DNA of 64,000 bases, from positions 2,208,001 to 2,272,000 of the forward strand of contig OY970325.1 of NCBI GenBank assembly GCA_963717145.1, given 5' to 3'. Every line of letters starts with the position of its first letter. Position 1 is the first letter of the stretch. The notes under the pieces were generated by a model. The model did no database searches and was not told the DNA's origin. It worked only from the letters and a program-made list of their open reading frames with translations. The DNA is from an uncultured Armatimonadetes bacterium. Lineage in GTDB: Bacteria; Armatimonadota; UBA5829; DTJY01. Positions 1 to 8,935 of the stretch are shown one piece after another. The position numbers and the translations under genes are program-made.

Positions 1-966
1 ATGGTGGTCGTCCATCGTCCATCCGCCGTATGCCACCAGGTCCGGGAAGCGCCCCTCGGCCTCGACGTCGTTCTGAGTCAGCACGTGGTCGCCGATATAT
101 CGCACGCTCTCCCGCTTGCCCGGCACGAACTGGATCCAGTCGATCGCCCAGTTCTCCGCGCCGTGATCGCCATGGTTCTTGAGATGGTCCCACATTCCGT
201 AGACGATCTTCAGAAGCTCGTCCCGTATCTCCTCGGAATCATGGATGCTGTCATCCTCGCCGCCGAGTTCGAGCCACCAGTAGCCCATCTCGAGCCAGCG
301 GTGGTTGCGGAAGGGGAGGTCCTCCTCGGTCGGGAAGTCGTATGCCCACGAGGGCGGCTCGAACGGCTGGGGCGTGCCCATGTTCTTTGCCTGGAAGAGG
401 ACCGTCATGCCCATCGTCTTGTTGTCCGCGACCTCGGGCTCGATCGACTCGTTGTACTCGCTCCGGGCTTCGCGTCCGATGCGGTACTTCGCGCCGCTCA
501 ATGGAGCGAGGATGGCATCGCCCGAGCAGTCGGCGAAGACCTTCGCCTCGATGGTGTGCCAGGTGTAGGTGGAAAGCTGCCAGCCGGTGATCGACTTGAT
601 GAGGTCTCCATCCATCTCGGCGTCGGTGCAGGCGCAGTTCAGGAAATGGGTGATGTTCGGCTCGAGCATCACCTTCTCGTAGATCACCGTGTCCCAGATA
701 TAGAAGCTTTTCTGCGGGTTGCGGTGGAGGTTTTCGAGCCTGATCTCCTCCAGGATGCCGGTCTCCCGCATGTTGGGGATCTGCCCGTGCCGATCTGCGC
801 CGCAGACATGGACCCTGCACTCGCTCGATGCATTGCCGCCGAACATCGGCCGGTTCTGCACGATGGCGACCTTCGCGCCCTCCCGAGCGGCGGCGATGGC
901 GGCGCACACACCTGCCATCCCTCCACCCACAACACAGAAATCAAACTTGTGTGACAATCTCTTCAT
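1..966 (-). CDS. FAD-dependent oxidoreductase, partial (runs off the window start)
   Basis: Not in ORF track. Minus-strand frame from ATG 966 (RBS GGGAGG) reads MKRLSHKFDFCVVGGGMAGVCAAIAAAREG...FADCSGD...KRESVRYIGDHVLT: Rossmann GxGxxG and the same motifs as the 22627-23886 protein. Confidence 0.85.
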   Translation of the reverse strand, partial: MKRLSHKFDFCVVGGGMAGVCAAIAAAREGAKVAIVQNRPMFGGNASSECRVHVCGADRHGQIPNMRETGILEEIRLENLHRNPQKSFYIWDTVIYEKVMLEPNITHFLNCACTDAEMDGDLIKSITGWQLSTYTWHTIEAKVFADCSGDAILAPLSGAKYRIGREARSEYNESIEPEVADNKTMGMTVLFQAKNMGTPQPFEPPSWAYDFPTEEDLPFRNHRWLEMGYWWLELGGEDDSIHDSEEIRDELLKIVYGMWDHLKNHGDHGAENWAIDWIQFVPGKRESVRYIGDHVLTQNDVEAEGRFPDLVAYGGWTMDDHH

Positions 967-991
967 TGCTGACCTCCCGCCTACACCTTGA

Positions 992-1020
992 AGTATATAC
1001 GGCTGCTTGCACGAGGTCAA
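992..1020 (-). promoter_or_regulatory. sigma70-like promoter of the oxidoreductase (TTGACC-17-TATACT)
   Basis: -35 at 1020-1015, -10 at 997-992, 17-nt spacer. Confidence 0.65.
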
Positions 1021-1021
1021 G

Positions 1022-2488
1022 GTAACAGTTCACGCTTGGGGATAACGAGTTTGATCAGGCAGGGAAGAGGACAGACTTGCCTGCGAGCAGTTGCCTGCAT
1101 GATTCGAGCATGTCCAGACCCCTGACGTGCCATGTGCCAAACAGACTCATGAGCGTCATCTTTGTCTCGGAACCCTTCGCGCTTCGTGTGCCTCCGCATA
1201 CCTTGCGGGCGATCACACACGGCCTCAGCGCTCGTTCTGCGCCATTGTTGTCCGACGGTACTTCCGGGTACTCTACGAACATGAACAACTCGTGCAAGCG
1301 ATCTATGAATCTCTTTGCCAGCGTCTGCTGTGGAGCATCTGAGCCGACATACGGACCTGAGAGCGCCTCTACCTCTTCCTCGAAGAGTACTCGCTTCCAC
1401 TTGCGAACCTCCGCCTTCTTGCTCCGGAACTCCTTTGCCCGATCGTAAACACCCTTCACCGCATCCGCCCATGCGATGACGCCCGTGTCGTCCGCGTTCC
1501 TCTCCTTCAGTTTGTGCAGATCCCTGGCCAGATGTGCCCAGCATATCTGGCGGTCTGCAACTACCGGGTTGTATCCGGCATAGCAATCCGTTACCACTAC
1601 CCCTTCGTAGTCGCCGCCTATCGTTTCCTTCGGGATCTCTCCACTCCGACTCCGCCGGTAGATGAAGTATCGCACGTTCTTAGTGGAGAAGGTCCAGATG
1701 TATCCGTTCAGCCCATCCTCTCTCCAGCCCGTCTCGTCTGCGTTTATGTATGGGCTTCCACGTACAAGCGAGAGTAGCCGCTCTTTCTCTTTTTTGCCAC
1801 AGTCTGCCACCGTGTGCAATATCTCGCTTATCTCTCCCACAGAGAGCTGAAGACCATACAGAGCCTTCAGCAATCCCTGTATCGTCCGCTTTGTCATGCG
1901 ACCTACCGTCGAAAGATACGATATCAGGCTCATCAGGTTCACGCCTACCCGATGCTTGCCTACAACCTGGCCGGAAAGGTCAACCTTCGGCACATGACTC
2001 TTGCCACAGTATCCGCATCTTCTGGCGATGAACCTGTGCTCGACTACGTCCACAGGCACGATGGGGATGTCGATGACTTGGCGGAGTCTCTTTACCGTGC
2101 CCCCTGTGAGCGCTCGGCCGCAGTCCGGACACTTCGAGTGCGCGTGCTCGACTACACGGGTGGGTGTCTCCCGCCTGCGCACGAACGACTTCTTGCGCTT
2201 CTTTCGTTCAGCTGCCCGGCGCTCTTTGCGGTTCGGCTTCACCCAGTCAGGCACGGATGGGGAACTGCCATCACCGCCGGAAAGCCTGGCGCGAAGGTCT
2301 TCGTTCTCCTTCTCCAGGTCGCCGATACGCGCCACGAGTTGGGGAACTAGACCTTCCAACTGGCTGACCCTGGCCTCAAGCTCCTCGTATGTCGGCTTGG
2401 ATTGCTCGCTCACACTCCTTGGTTCGAGACGCTCCCAGCAGGTTCCTTCTTCTTACAGACAAAATAATCCCTAAGCCTGAACTGTTAC
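1022..2488 (-). mobile_element. IS66-family element, single-ORF type, copy 1
   Basis: Terminal IRs GTAACAGTTCACGCTT / AAGCCTGAACTGTTAC; 8-bp direct repeat AGGTCAAG at 1014-1021 and 2489-2496. Confidence 0.9.
1055..2413 (-). CDS. IS66-family transposase
   Basis: N-terminal coiled coil, CPDC...CGYC Zn finger, ADETGW, TDCYAGY, QICWAHL, SDNNGAERALR motifs. Confidence 0.92.
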   Translation of the reverse strand: MSEQSKPTYEELEARVSQLEGLVPQLVARIGDLEKENEDLRARLSGGDGSSPSVPDWVKPNRKERRAAERKKRKKSFVRRRETPTRVVEHAHSKCPDCGRALTGGTVKRLRQVIDIPIVPVDVVEHRFIARRCGYCGKSHVPKVDLSGQVVGKHRVGVNLMSLISYLSTVGRMTKRTIQGLLKALYGLQLSVGEISEILHTVADCGKKEKERLLSLVRGSPYINADETGWREDGLNGYIWTFSTKNVRYFIYRRSRSGEIPKETIGGDYEGVVVTDCYAGYNPVVADRQICWAHLARDLHKLKERNADDTGVIAWADAVKGVYDRAKEFRSKKAEVRKWKRVLFEEEVEALSGPYVGSDAPQQTLAKRFIDRLHELFMFVEYPEVPSDNNGAERALRPCVIARKVCGGTRSAKGSETKMTLMSLFGTWHVRGLDMLESCRQLLAGKSVLFPA

Positions 2489-2496
2489 AGGTCAAG

Positions 2497-3972
2497 GTAA
2501 CAGTTCACGCTTGGGGATAACGAGTTTGATCAGGCGGGGAAGAGGACAGACTTGCCTGCGAGCAGTTGCCTGCAGGACTCGAGCATGTCCAGCCCTCGGA
2601 CGTGCCATGTGCCAAACAGACTCATGAGCGTCATCTTTGTCTCGGAACCCTTCGCGCTTCGTGTGCCTCCGCATACCTTGCGGGCGATCACACACGGCCT
2701 CAGCGCTCGTTCTGCGCCATTGTTGTCCGACGGTACTTCCGGGTACTCTACGAACATGAACAACTCATGCAAGCGATCCGTCAATCTCTTTGCCAGCACC
2801 TGCTGTGGAACCTCTAAGCCGACATACGGACCTGAGAGCGTCTCTACCTCTTCCTCGAAGAGCACTCGCTTCCACTTGCGAACCTCCGCCTTCTTGCTCC
2901 GGAACTTCTTTGCCTGATCGTAAACACCCTTCACCGCATCCGCCCATGATATGACGTCCGGGTTATCGGCGTTCTTCTCCTTCAGTTTGTGCAGTTCCCT
3001 GGCCAGATGTGCCCAGCATATCTGACGGTCTGCAACTACGGGGTTGTATCCGGCGTAGCAATCCGTTACCACCACCCCTTCGTAGTCGCCGCCTATCGTT
3101 TCCTTAGGTATCTCTCCGCTCCGACTCCGCCGGTAGATGAAGTATCGCACGTTCTTAGTGGAGAAGGTCCAGATGTATCCGTTGAGCCCGTCCTCTCTCC
3201 AGCCCGTCTCGTCTGCGTTTATGTATGGACTTCCGCGTACAAGCGATAGAAGTCCCTTCATCTCGCCTCTGCCACAGCCTGCCACCGTGTGCAATATCTC
3301 GCTTATCTCTCCCACAGAGAGATGAAGACGATACAGAGCCTTCAGCAACCCCTGTATCGTTCGCTTTGTCATACGGCCTACTGTCGAAAGATACGATATC
3401 AGGCTCATCAGGTTCACGCCTACTCGATGCTTGCCTACAACCTGGCTCGACAGGTCAACCTTCGGCACATGCGCCTTGCCACAGTATCCGCATCTTCTGG
3501 CGATGAATCTGTGCTCGACTATGTCCACAGGCACGATCGGTATATCAATAACCTGGCGGACTCTCTTTACCGTGCCCTCCGTGAGTGCCCGACCGCAGTC
3601 CGGACACTTCGAGTGCGCATGCTCGACTACACGGGTGGGGGTCTCCCGCCTGCGAACGAACGACTTCTGGCGCTTCTTTCGTTCGGCTGCCCGGCGCTCT
3701 TTGCGGTTCGGCTTGACCCAGTCAGGTATGGGGGTGGAACTGCCGCCACCCGAGAGCTTTGCCTTGAGATCCTCCAGTTCCTTGACGAGACGCTGGATCA
3801 TCTCCCGCTGCTCCAGGACAATGCCCACCAATTCTTCTCTTGTCAGACCGTCGAACTCTTCCACACAGGCATGTTCCACCCGCCCGGCCAAGGGTCCTTC
3901 CTATTGCAAGCCGACAATGTCGGAAAAACTCTCACTGCTCTCGCAAAATGATCCACAAGCCTGAACTGTTAC
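2497..3972 (-). mobile_element. IS66-family element, copy 2 (related, non-identical)
   Basis: Same terminal IRs; flanked by AGGTCAAG at 2489-2496 and 3973-3980. Confidence 0.9.
2530..3891 (-). CDS. IS66-family transposase
   Basis: Same motifs as copy 1 with a different N-terminus; start codon uncertain. Confidence 0.9.
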   Translation of the reverse strand: MAGRVEHACVEEFDGLTREELVGIVLEQREMIQRLVKELEDLKAKLSGGGSSTPIPDWVKPNRKERRAAERKKRQKSFVRRRETPTRVVEHAHSKCPDCGRALTEGTVKRVRQVIDIPIVPVDIVEHRFIARRCGYCGKAHVPKVDLSSQVVGKHRVGVNLMSLISYLSTVGRMTKRTIQGLLKALYRLHLSVGEISEILHTVAGCGRGEMKGLLSLVRGSPYINADETGWREDGLNGYIWTFSTKNVRYFIYRRSRSGEIPKETIGGDYEGVVVTDCYAGYNPVVADRQICWAHLARELHKLKEKNADNPDVISWADAVKGVYDQAKKFRSKKAEVRKWKRVLFEEEVETLSGPYVGLEVPQQVLAKRLTDRLHELFMFVEYPEVPSDNNGAERALRPCVIARKVCGGTRSAKGSETKMTLMSLFGTWHVRGLDMLESCRQLLAGKSVLFPA

Positions 3973-3988
3973 AGGTCAAGGCGCAAAC

Positions 3989-4020
3989 AAAACAGCACAG
4001 GCATCTGCCTGTGCTGTTTT
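3989..4020. terminator. intrinsic terminator downstream of sodA
   Basis: AAAACAGCACAGGCA-TC-TGCCTGTGCTGTTTT perfect hairpin with A/T tracts on both sides. Confidence 0.75.
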
Positions 4021-4096
4021 GGATCACCGTAGTCGGTGTTTCGGAATTTGAGTGAGTCTGTGAACGGAAATCCCGAAACACCGAACTGCTTACCGT

Positions 4097-4696
4097 TCAC
4101 TTCTTGACCCACCCGTACATCTCGGCGACCGAGTCCCAGTTCACGAGGTTGTCCATGAACGCCTTGGTCCAGTCCGGTCGCTTGTTCTGGTACTGGAGGT
4201 AGTACGCATGCTCCCAGACATCGAGGACGAGGAGCGGCTTGGCGCCCCACTGAGTCCGGTCCTCATGGTTCTCCGCGCCAAGGACGACGAGTGCATCATC
4301 CTTGTAGCGGTAGGCCAATACGCCCCATCCTGAGCCCTGGATTGCGTTTGATGTTGCGAGGAACAGGCCCTTGAAAGCATCGAAGCTGCCGAAGCTCTTG
4401 TTGATCGCCTCGGCCAACTCGCCGGAGGGTGCTCCTCCTCCTCCGGGCTTCATATCCTTCCAAAACATCGAGTGGAGCAGATGGCCCGATCCGTGGAACG
4501 CCAGATCCTTCGCGAGTGAGTTCGCGGCGGCGAAGTCGCCGGACTTGAGCGCGGCCTGGACCTTCTCCTCGGCGGCATTGAGTCCCGTCACATAGGCGGC
4601 ATGATGCTTGTCGTGGTGCAGGTGGAGCGTCTCCTCGCTCAGGTACGGTTCGAGGGCATTGTACTCGTAGGGAAGCGGTGGCAGTTCGTGCGCCAT
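4097..4696 (-). CDS. sodA: Fe/Mn superoxide dismutase
   Basis: LHHDKHH and DVWEHAYY metal-ligand motifs; metal specificity not determined. Confidence 0.93.
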   Translation of the reverse strand: MAHELPPLPYEYNALEPYLSEETLHLHHDKHHAAYVTGLNAAEEKVQAALKSGDFAAANSLAKDLAFHGSGHLLHSMFWKDMKPGGGGAPSGELAEAINKSFGSFDAFKGLFLATSNAIQGSGWGVLAYRYKDDALVVLGAENHEDRTQWGAKPLLVLDVWEHAYYLQYQNKRPDWTKAFMDNLVNWDSVAEMYGWVKK

Positions 4697-4770
4697 GGCG
4701 GATCCTCCTTGGGAACGTTATGCTTGCTTATACCGCCAACTCTTCCGTATCAAACCACGGACAAAAGGAG

Positions 4771-4799
4771 TTGACAAATCCGGGAAACTTGGGTAAGAT
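4771..4799 (+). promoter_or_regulatory. sigma70 promoter TTGACA-17-TAAGAT
   Basis: Consensus -35, 17-nt spacer, upstream of the RHH gene. Confidence 0.7.
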
Positions 4800-4831
4800 A
4801 TATGCAGTATTTAGTTAAGGAGTGGTCTGCC

Positions 4832-5071
4832 ATGAGTGCCAAGGTCATCAACATATCGCTTCCCGAGGATCTTCTTCGCGAGATCGATGAGGCAGCACGT
4901 TCCGACAGCCGAACGAGGAGCGAGTTCTTCCGTGAAGCGGCACGAATCTACATGGAGAGCCGTCGTTGGCGGAGGATCCGCAGTTGGGGCTCGAAGACCG
5001 CACAGGAACTCGGACTGACCGAGGACGACATTGAGCGGATAGTTCACGAGTACCGCAAAGGCGGGGTCTGA
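4832..5071 (+). CDS. CopG/ribbon-helix-helix protein (antitoxin-like)
   Basis: INISLPEDLLREID...RSEFFREA RHH pattern; RBS AAGGAG before ATG 4832. Confidence 0.8.
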   Translation: MSAKVINISLPEDLLREIDEAARSDSRTRSEFFREAARIYMESRRWRRIRSWGSKTAQELGLTEDDIERIVHEYRKGGV

Positions 5072-5106
5072 AATGCATTCCCTTGGCGTTCTTGGCGTCT
5101 TGGCGG

Positions 5107-5994
5107 TTAGGCCCGGGGGTGCGATTCGCGGTAGACTTCCTTGAGGTGCTCGCGGGAGACGTGGGTGTAGATCTGCGTGGTGGCGATGTCCGCGTGGCCG
5201 AGCATCTCCTGGATCGAGCGGAGGTCCGCGCCGCCCTGCAGCAGGTGGGTCGCGAATGAGTGCCTCAGCGTATGTGGAGTGATGTTCCTGGTGATCCCTG
5301 CCCTGGCGGCATGCCTCTTGATGAGCTTCCAGAAGCCGACCCTCGACATCTTCCGCCCGCGGATCGTCAGGAACAGATACTCCGAGCTTCCCGATCGAGC
5401 ATATGCCGGCCTCGACTCCGCCATGTACCGCTCCACGTAACCAATCGCGACCTTCCCGAGCGGGACAATGCGCTCCTTCGATCCCTTCCCGAAGCATCGC
5501 AGGAAGCCGACCGAGAGGTTCAGATCGCTCAGCCGTAGGTTGATCAGCTCTGAGACGCGGAGACCCGAGGCATAGAGCGTCTCAAGCATCGCCTTGTCGC
5601 GAAGGCCGCCTTCCGTGCTCATGTCCGGCTGGTTCAGGAGCGCGGCGACCTCCTCCACATTGAGCACGCTGGGCAGCCTCTTCGCGCCCTTCATGCCTTC
5701 GATATCTGCCGTGAAGTCGGTATCGCTGAACCCCTCGCGGCAGGAGAACTTGCAGAACGTCTTGATCGCCGAGAGCTTCCGGCTGATGCTGTTCGGGGAC
5801 ATCGCCGCCTCACGCAGGCCGTAGAGGAACCCCTCGACGGTGCGCTCCGTGACCTCGCCGACCGACGATGCGCCGTGCTCGCCCGCATAGGTCGCGAACT
5901 GGGCGAGGTCGTGCGCATAGGCGGCCACCGTGTTGGATGACAGCCCTCGCTCGACGGTCAGATAGTCGATGAATGCCTGGATAGTCTCATCCAC
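5107..5994 (-). CDS. xerD: tyrosine recombinase XerD
   Basis: ERGLSSNTVAAY, LYASGLRVSE, GKGSKERIVP, HTLRHSFATHLL, LGHADIATTQIYTH; GTG start at 5994. Confidence 0.9.
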   Translation of the reverse strand: MDETIQAFIDYLTVERGLSSNTVAAYAHDLAQFATYAGEHGASSVGEVTERTVEGFLYGLREAAMSPNSISRKLSAIKTFCKFSCREGFSDTDFTADIEGMKGAKRLPSVLNVEEVAALLNQPDMSTEGGLRDKAMLETLYASGLRVSELINLRLSDLNLSVGFLRCFGKGSKERIVPLGKVAIGYVERYMAESRPAYARSGSSEYLFLTIRGRKMSRVGFWKLIKRHAARAGITRNITPHTLRHSFATHLLQGGADLRSIQEMLGHADIATTQIYTHVSREHLKEVYRESHPRA

Positions 5995-7696
5995 CGGCCG
6001 GCACGCTCCTTGCGAAGATGAGAATGTCCGGGCTAGCGTAGGACATGTCGTGAGGCAGGTCCCACTGCATCGGGAATCGGACGCCGAACAGCTCGGGCCT
6101 GCGGACGAACTGCTTCTCGATGCGATAGTCGCGCTTGAGAACCGCCATGTACCTCTCATAGTCGGGATCGTGAAGCCGCTTCCGATCCACGTACTCGAAC
6201 TCGGACAAGATGGCGTAGTCGGGCGCGGCCTGCTCGAAGAACTCGGCATTCCACTCCTTCCGTCCATCGACCGCGAAGATGTAGCCGGTCGATTCTTCCG
6301 CAGACGCCAGCCGGTCCATGGGGTCCACGCTCCCGAAGTCCGGGAGCAGTGGAGGCGTGTAGAACCAGGGCGTCGTCGGGAGCCCGATGGAGCTTCCGTC
6401 GGGCGTGTTCGACTTCACCCATGCCGCCGCCTGGTCGCGCGTGTCCTGTCGGACGAACAACGTGTCCAGGGACGCTGCATAAGCCGCTGTGTACCCGATC
6501 GCGAGCGCGGCGACCAAGCCGATGATGACTCCCGCCGCCTTCCCTCTCTCGCCACATTCAACCACAATCCTGGCGCCGAGGAGCAAGATCACCGGCAGCA
6601 GAGGAATGACGTATCGGGCAAAGCGCACCTCCGCGAGTCCGATCAGCACGTAGTATGCGGCGACAAAGACGATCAGCATCCAGTCCCGCGCGCCGGTCTC
6701 AGACATCGGCGTTTGGACCCGCCATGAAAGCAGCAACCGGGCGATCCCATTTCCCGTCGACCGCCTGAAGAGCGCATGGAGCACCCCGAGGATTCCGAGG
6801 ACCAGCAGCGCCGGACCGAGTCCCGGCAGGAGTGAGTGCATCAGGTGATAGAGAAACCCCGATCCCGTCCCGGTGAAGACCAACCCGTGGCCCGTGTCGA
6901 CATGAAGCACCTCGAACCTGAAGTCACGGACGAACGCCTGGGTGTTGATCAGCGCGCCCGGGCATCCGATCAGGAATCCCGCGATGGCGGACCCGATGCC
7001 TGAGAGCAACTTCGGCTGGAATGCCTGAAACATCGGCCTCCCCTGTGCGCTCGCAAGGTGGACTGCAATCAGTGACAGCAGGACGAGCCCGGCGTTGTAC
7101 TTCGTCGCCGCCGCGAAACCGGCGAACAACCCGGCGAGGATGTAGTTCCTCCACCGGCTGTCTTCAGGGATCCGGGCCGCATAGAGGAGCGATAGGACCA
7201 GGAAGAACGTCGCCGGCACATCGACGGCCATGAACTTCGAGTGCATGGCGTGGAGTGGAGCAATCGCCAATAATGCCGCCGCCAGCAGCCCGACACGCCT
7301 GCCGTACATACGCCGTCCGAGCGCGTACAGCAGGTAGACGGTCAGGATACCGAGTGCGACCGCGATGATCCGTCCCGTCATGTAGACCTTGGCGAACTCG
7401 TTGATGTGCGCCATCAGATCGCCGCTGAGGTCGATCGCACCGGCCATCATTGCCACGTTGATGCCGATATTCACGAGGTAGATGTACAGCGAGCCGTAGT
7501 TGTAGAAGCCGGGATCGAACTGCCCGCTGAGGATGTCCACGTTGGTCGCGGCGTTGAGGACGAGAGTCTCGTCGGGGTGGTACGAAAAGAAGTGCGAGAT
7601 GGTCGGCAGTCCCCAATGGAGACCCCAGATACGGAGTCCCGCTGCGACCGCCAGGATGATCAGTATGAATGCGAGCGTGCTACCTGATCTTCTCAA
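5987..7696 (-). CDS. polytopic membrane glycosyltransferase (GT-C, PMT/ArnT-like)
   Basis: HPDE after TM1, many TM helices, ATKYN, RYVIPLLP. Confidence 0.75.
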   Translation of the reverse strand: MRRSGSTLAFILIILAVAAGLRIWGLHWGLPTISHFFSYHPDETLVLNAATNVDILSGQFDPGFYNYGSLYIYLVNIGINVAMMAGAIDLSGDLMAHINEFAKVYMTGRIIAVALGILTVYLLYALGRRMYGRRVGLLAAALLAIAPLHAMHSKFMAVDVPATFFLVLSLLYAARIPEDSRWRNYILAGLFAGFAAATKYNAGLVLLSLIAVHLASAQGRPMFQAFQPKLLSGIGSAIAGFLIGCPGALINTQAFVRDFRFEVLHVDTGHGLVFTGTGSGFLYHLMHSLLPGLGPALLVLGILGVLHALFRRSTGNGIARLLLSWRVQTPMSETGARDWMLIVFVAAYYVLIGLAEVRFARYVIPLLPVILLLGARIVVECGERGKAAGVIIGLVAALAIGYTAAYAASLDTLFVRQDTRDQAAAWVKSNTPDGSSIGLPTTPWFYTPPLLPDFGSVDPMDRLASAEESTGYIFAVDGRKEWNAEFFEQAAPDYAILSEFEYVDRKRLHDPDYERYMAVLKRDYRIEKQFVRRPELFGVRFPMQWDLPHDMSYASPDILIFARSVPAGG

Positions 7697-8249
7697 CCTG
7701 CGCTCCCGGAGATGGCATGCACATATACCTCTGGATCAGCAGGAATATCCCGATCGCGAGCAGGACGTCCCCGATGCTGAGGACCGTGGTAAGTCTCGGA
7801 ATCGCGATGGGAATAATATCCGTCAAGGGTTTCAGCCGTGTTTCCGGCGTCATTATAGCATGACGGGCAGCATCTATGCGCTCGAGGTAGTCCAGCATCC
7901 CGGCAGTCTTCGCCGCCCATCGGCTTACGGGCATCGTTCCGCCGTTCACCGTGAGCGCCAGGAAGTTGAGGAACGAGCCGATGCCCAGGAGTTTCATCTC
8001 GCGAATGTGCAGATTGACGGCGATCACCCCGAGAAGCACAACGTACAGAAGGACGTTCAGAGTGCGCACCACCGTTCGGATGAGATCCTCATTGTGAGTA
8101 CGGTAAGTCAGGATCGTCGCGGCGGCGAAGAATATCAACGGGATGGCGAACACATAGGCGCCGCGGAAGGGGATGCGGCCCAGGTTGGCCAGTCTGCCCT
8201 TCCTGACAAGCCCCACGATAACGGCGAGCAGCGCAGCCTCAACGTTCAT
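7680..8249 (-). CDS. DUF5317-like membrane protein (putative peptidase, see findings)
   Basis: LNFLALTVNGGTMPV, LTDIIP and SIGD motifs; about 5 TM segments. Confidence 0.75.
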   Translation of the reverse strand: MNVEAALLAVIVGLVRKGRLANLGRIPFRGAYVFAIPLIFFAAATILTYRTHNEDLIRTVVRTLNVLLYVVLLGVIAVNLHIREMKLLGIGSFLNFLALTVNGGTMPVSRWAAKTAGMLDYLERIDAARHAIMTPETRLKPLTDIIPIAIPRLTTVLSIGDVLLAIGIFLLIQRYMCMPSPGAQVEKIR

Positions 8250-8935
8250 GACGCCTCCGCGTCCAATCTGTGACGCTTCTGCAGCACTCTCAGGAACGCC
8301 TCGACGACCTCCGGGTCGAATTTCTCCCCGGCCGATTTCTTGAGTTCGGCTACTGCGCGTTCCTCATCCATCCGTTCGTGATAAGAGCGCTCTGACGTCA
8401 TGGCGTCATATGCCGTGGCGACGGCGAGTATCCGAGCGCCGAGCGGAATCTCGTTTCCCGCCAATCCGTCGGGATAGCCGGATCCATCCCATGCCTCGTG
8501 ATGATGGCGGATGAACGGTGAGATCTCTCTGAGGAAGGCTACCTGCTTGACGATCTCCTCTCCGATGGCCGAGTGCGTCTGTAACTCACTCATCTCTTCG
8601 GAAGTAAGTCTCTCCGGCTTGTTCAGTATGGAGTGAGGCACGCGGATGTTGCCCACGTCCTGAAGGAACGAAGCGTATTCGAGGTCCTTGCCCATCTTCT
8701 TCGGCAGCCCCATATGCCCGGCGATCGCGGCGGCATACTCGGCCACTCGCTCACCATGTCCCACGGCCTTCAGGTCCTTGGTCTCGACCGCCCGCGCGAG
8801 GGTGAGCAGACTCCTGCGATACGCCCGTCCCATCCTACGAGGCAAGTGGACGTAGGAATACAGCGCGGCAACTACGGTTGCGGCTAATGCTATCGCAAAG
8901 GCGGGCGATTTCAGCAGTTCCAGGAAGCTACCCAT
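8246..8935 (-). CDS. HD-GYP domain protein with one TM helix and a degenerate HD motif
   Basis: GHGERVA, LQDVGN (canonical LHDIGK), HHHEAWDGSGYP. Confidence 0.85.
   Translation of the reverse strand: MGSFLELLKSPAFAIALAATVVAALYSYVHLPRRMGRAYRRSLLTLARAVETKDLKAVGHGERVAEYAAAIAGHMGLPKKMGKDLEYASFLQDVGNIRVPHSILNKPERLTSEEMSELQTHSAIGEEIVKQVAFLREISPFIRHHHEAWDGSGYPDGLAGNEIPLGARILAVATAYDAMTSERSYHERMDEERAVAELKKSAGEKFDPEVVEAFLRVLQKRHRLDAEAS

Noticed and set aside
1-954. 317-aa plus-strand ORF in the track
   Set aside because: Antisense shadow of the minus-strand FAD oxidoreductase, which has the recognisable motifs and RBS.
5107-5994. Tyrosine recombinase as a prophage or integron integrase
   Set aside because: Typical XerD length and motifs; no att sites, cassettes or phage genes nearby.
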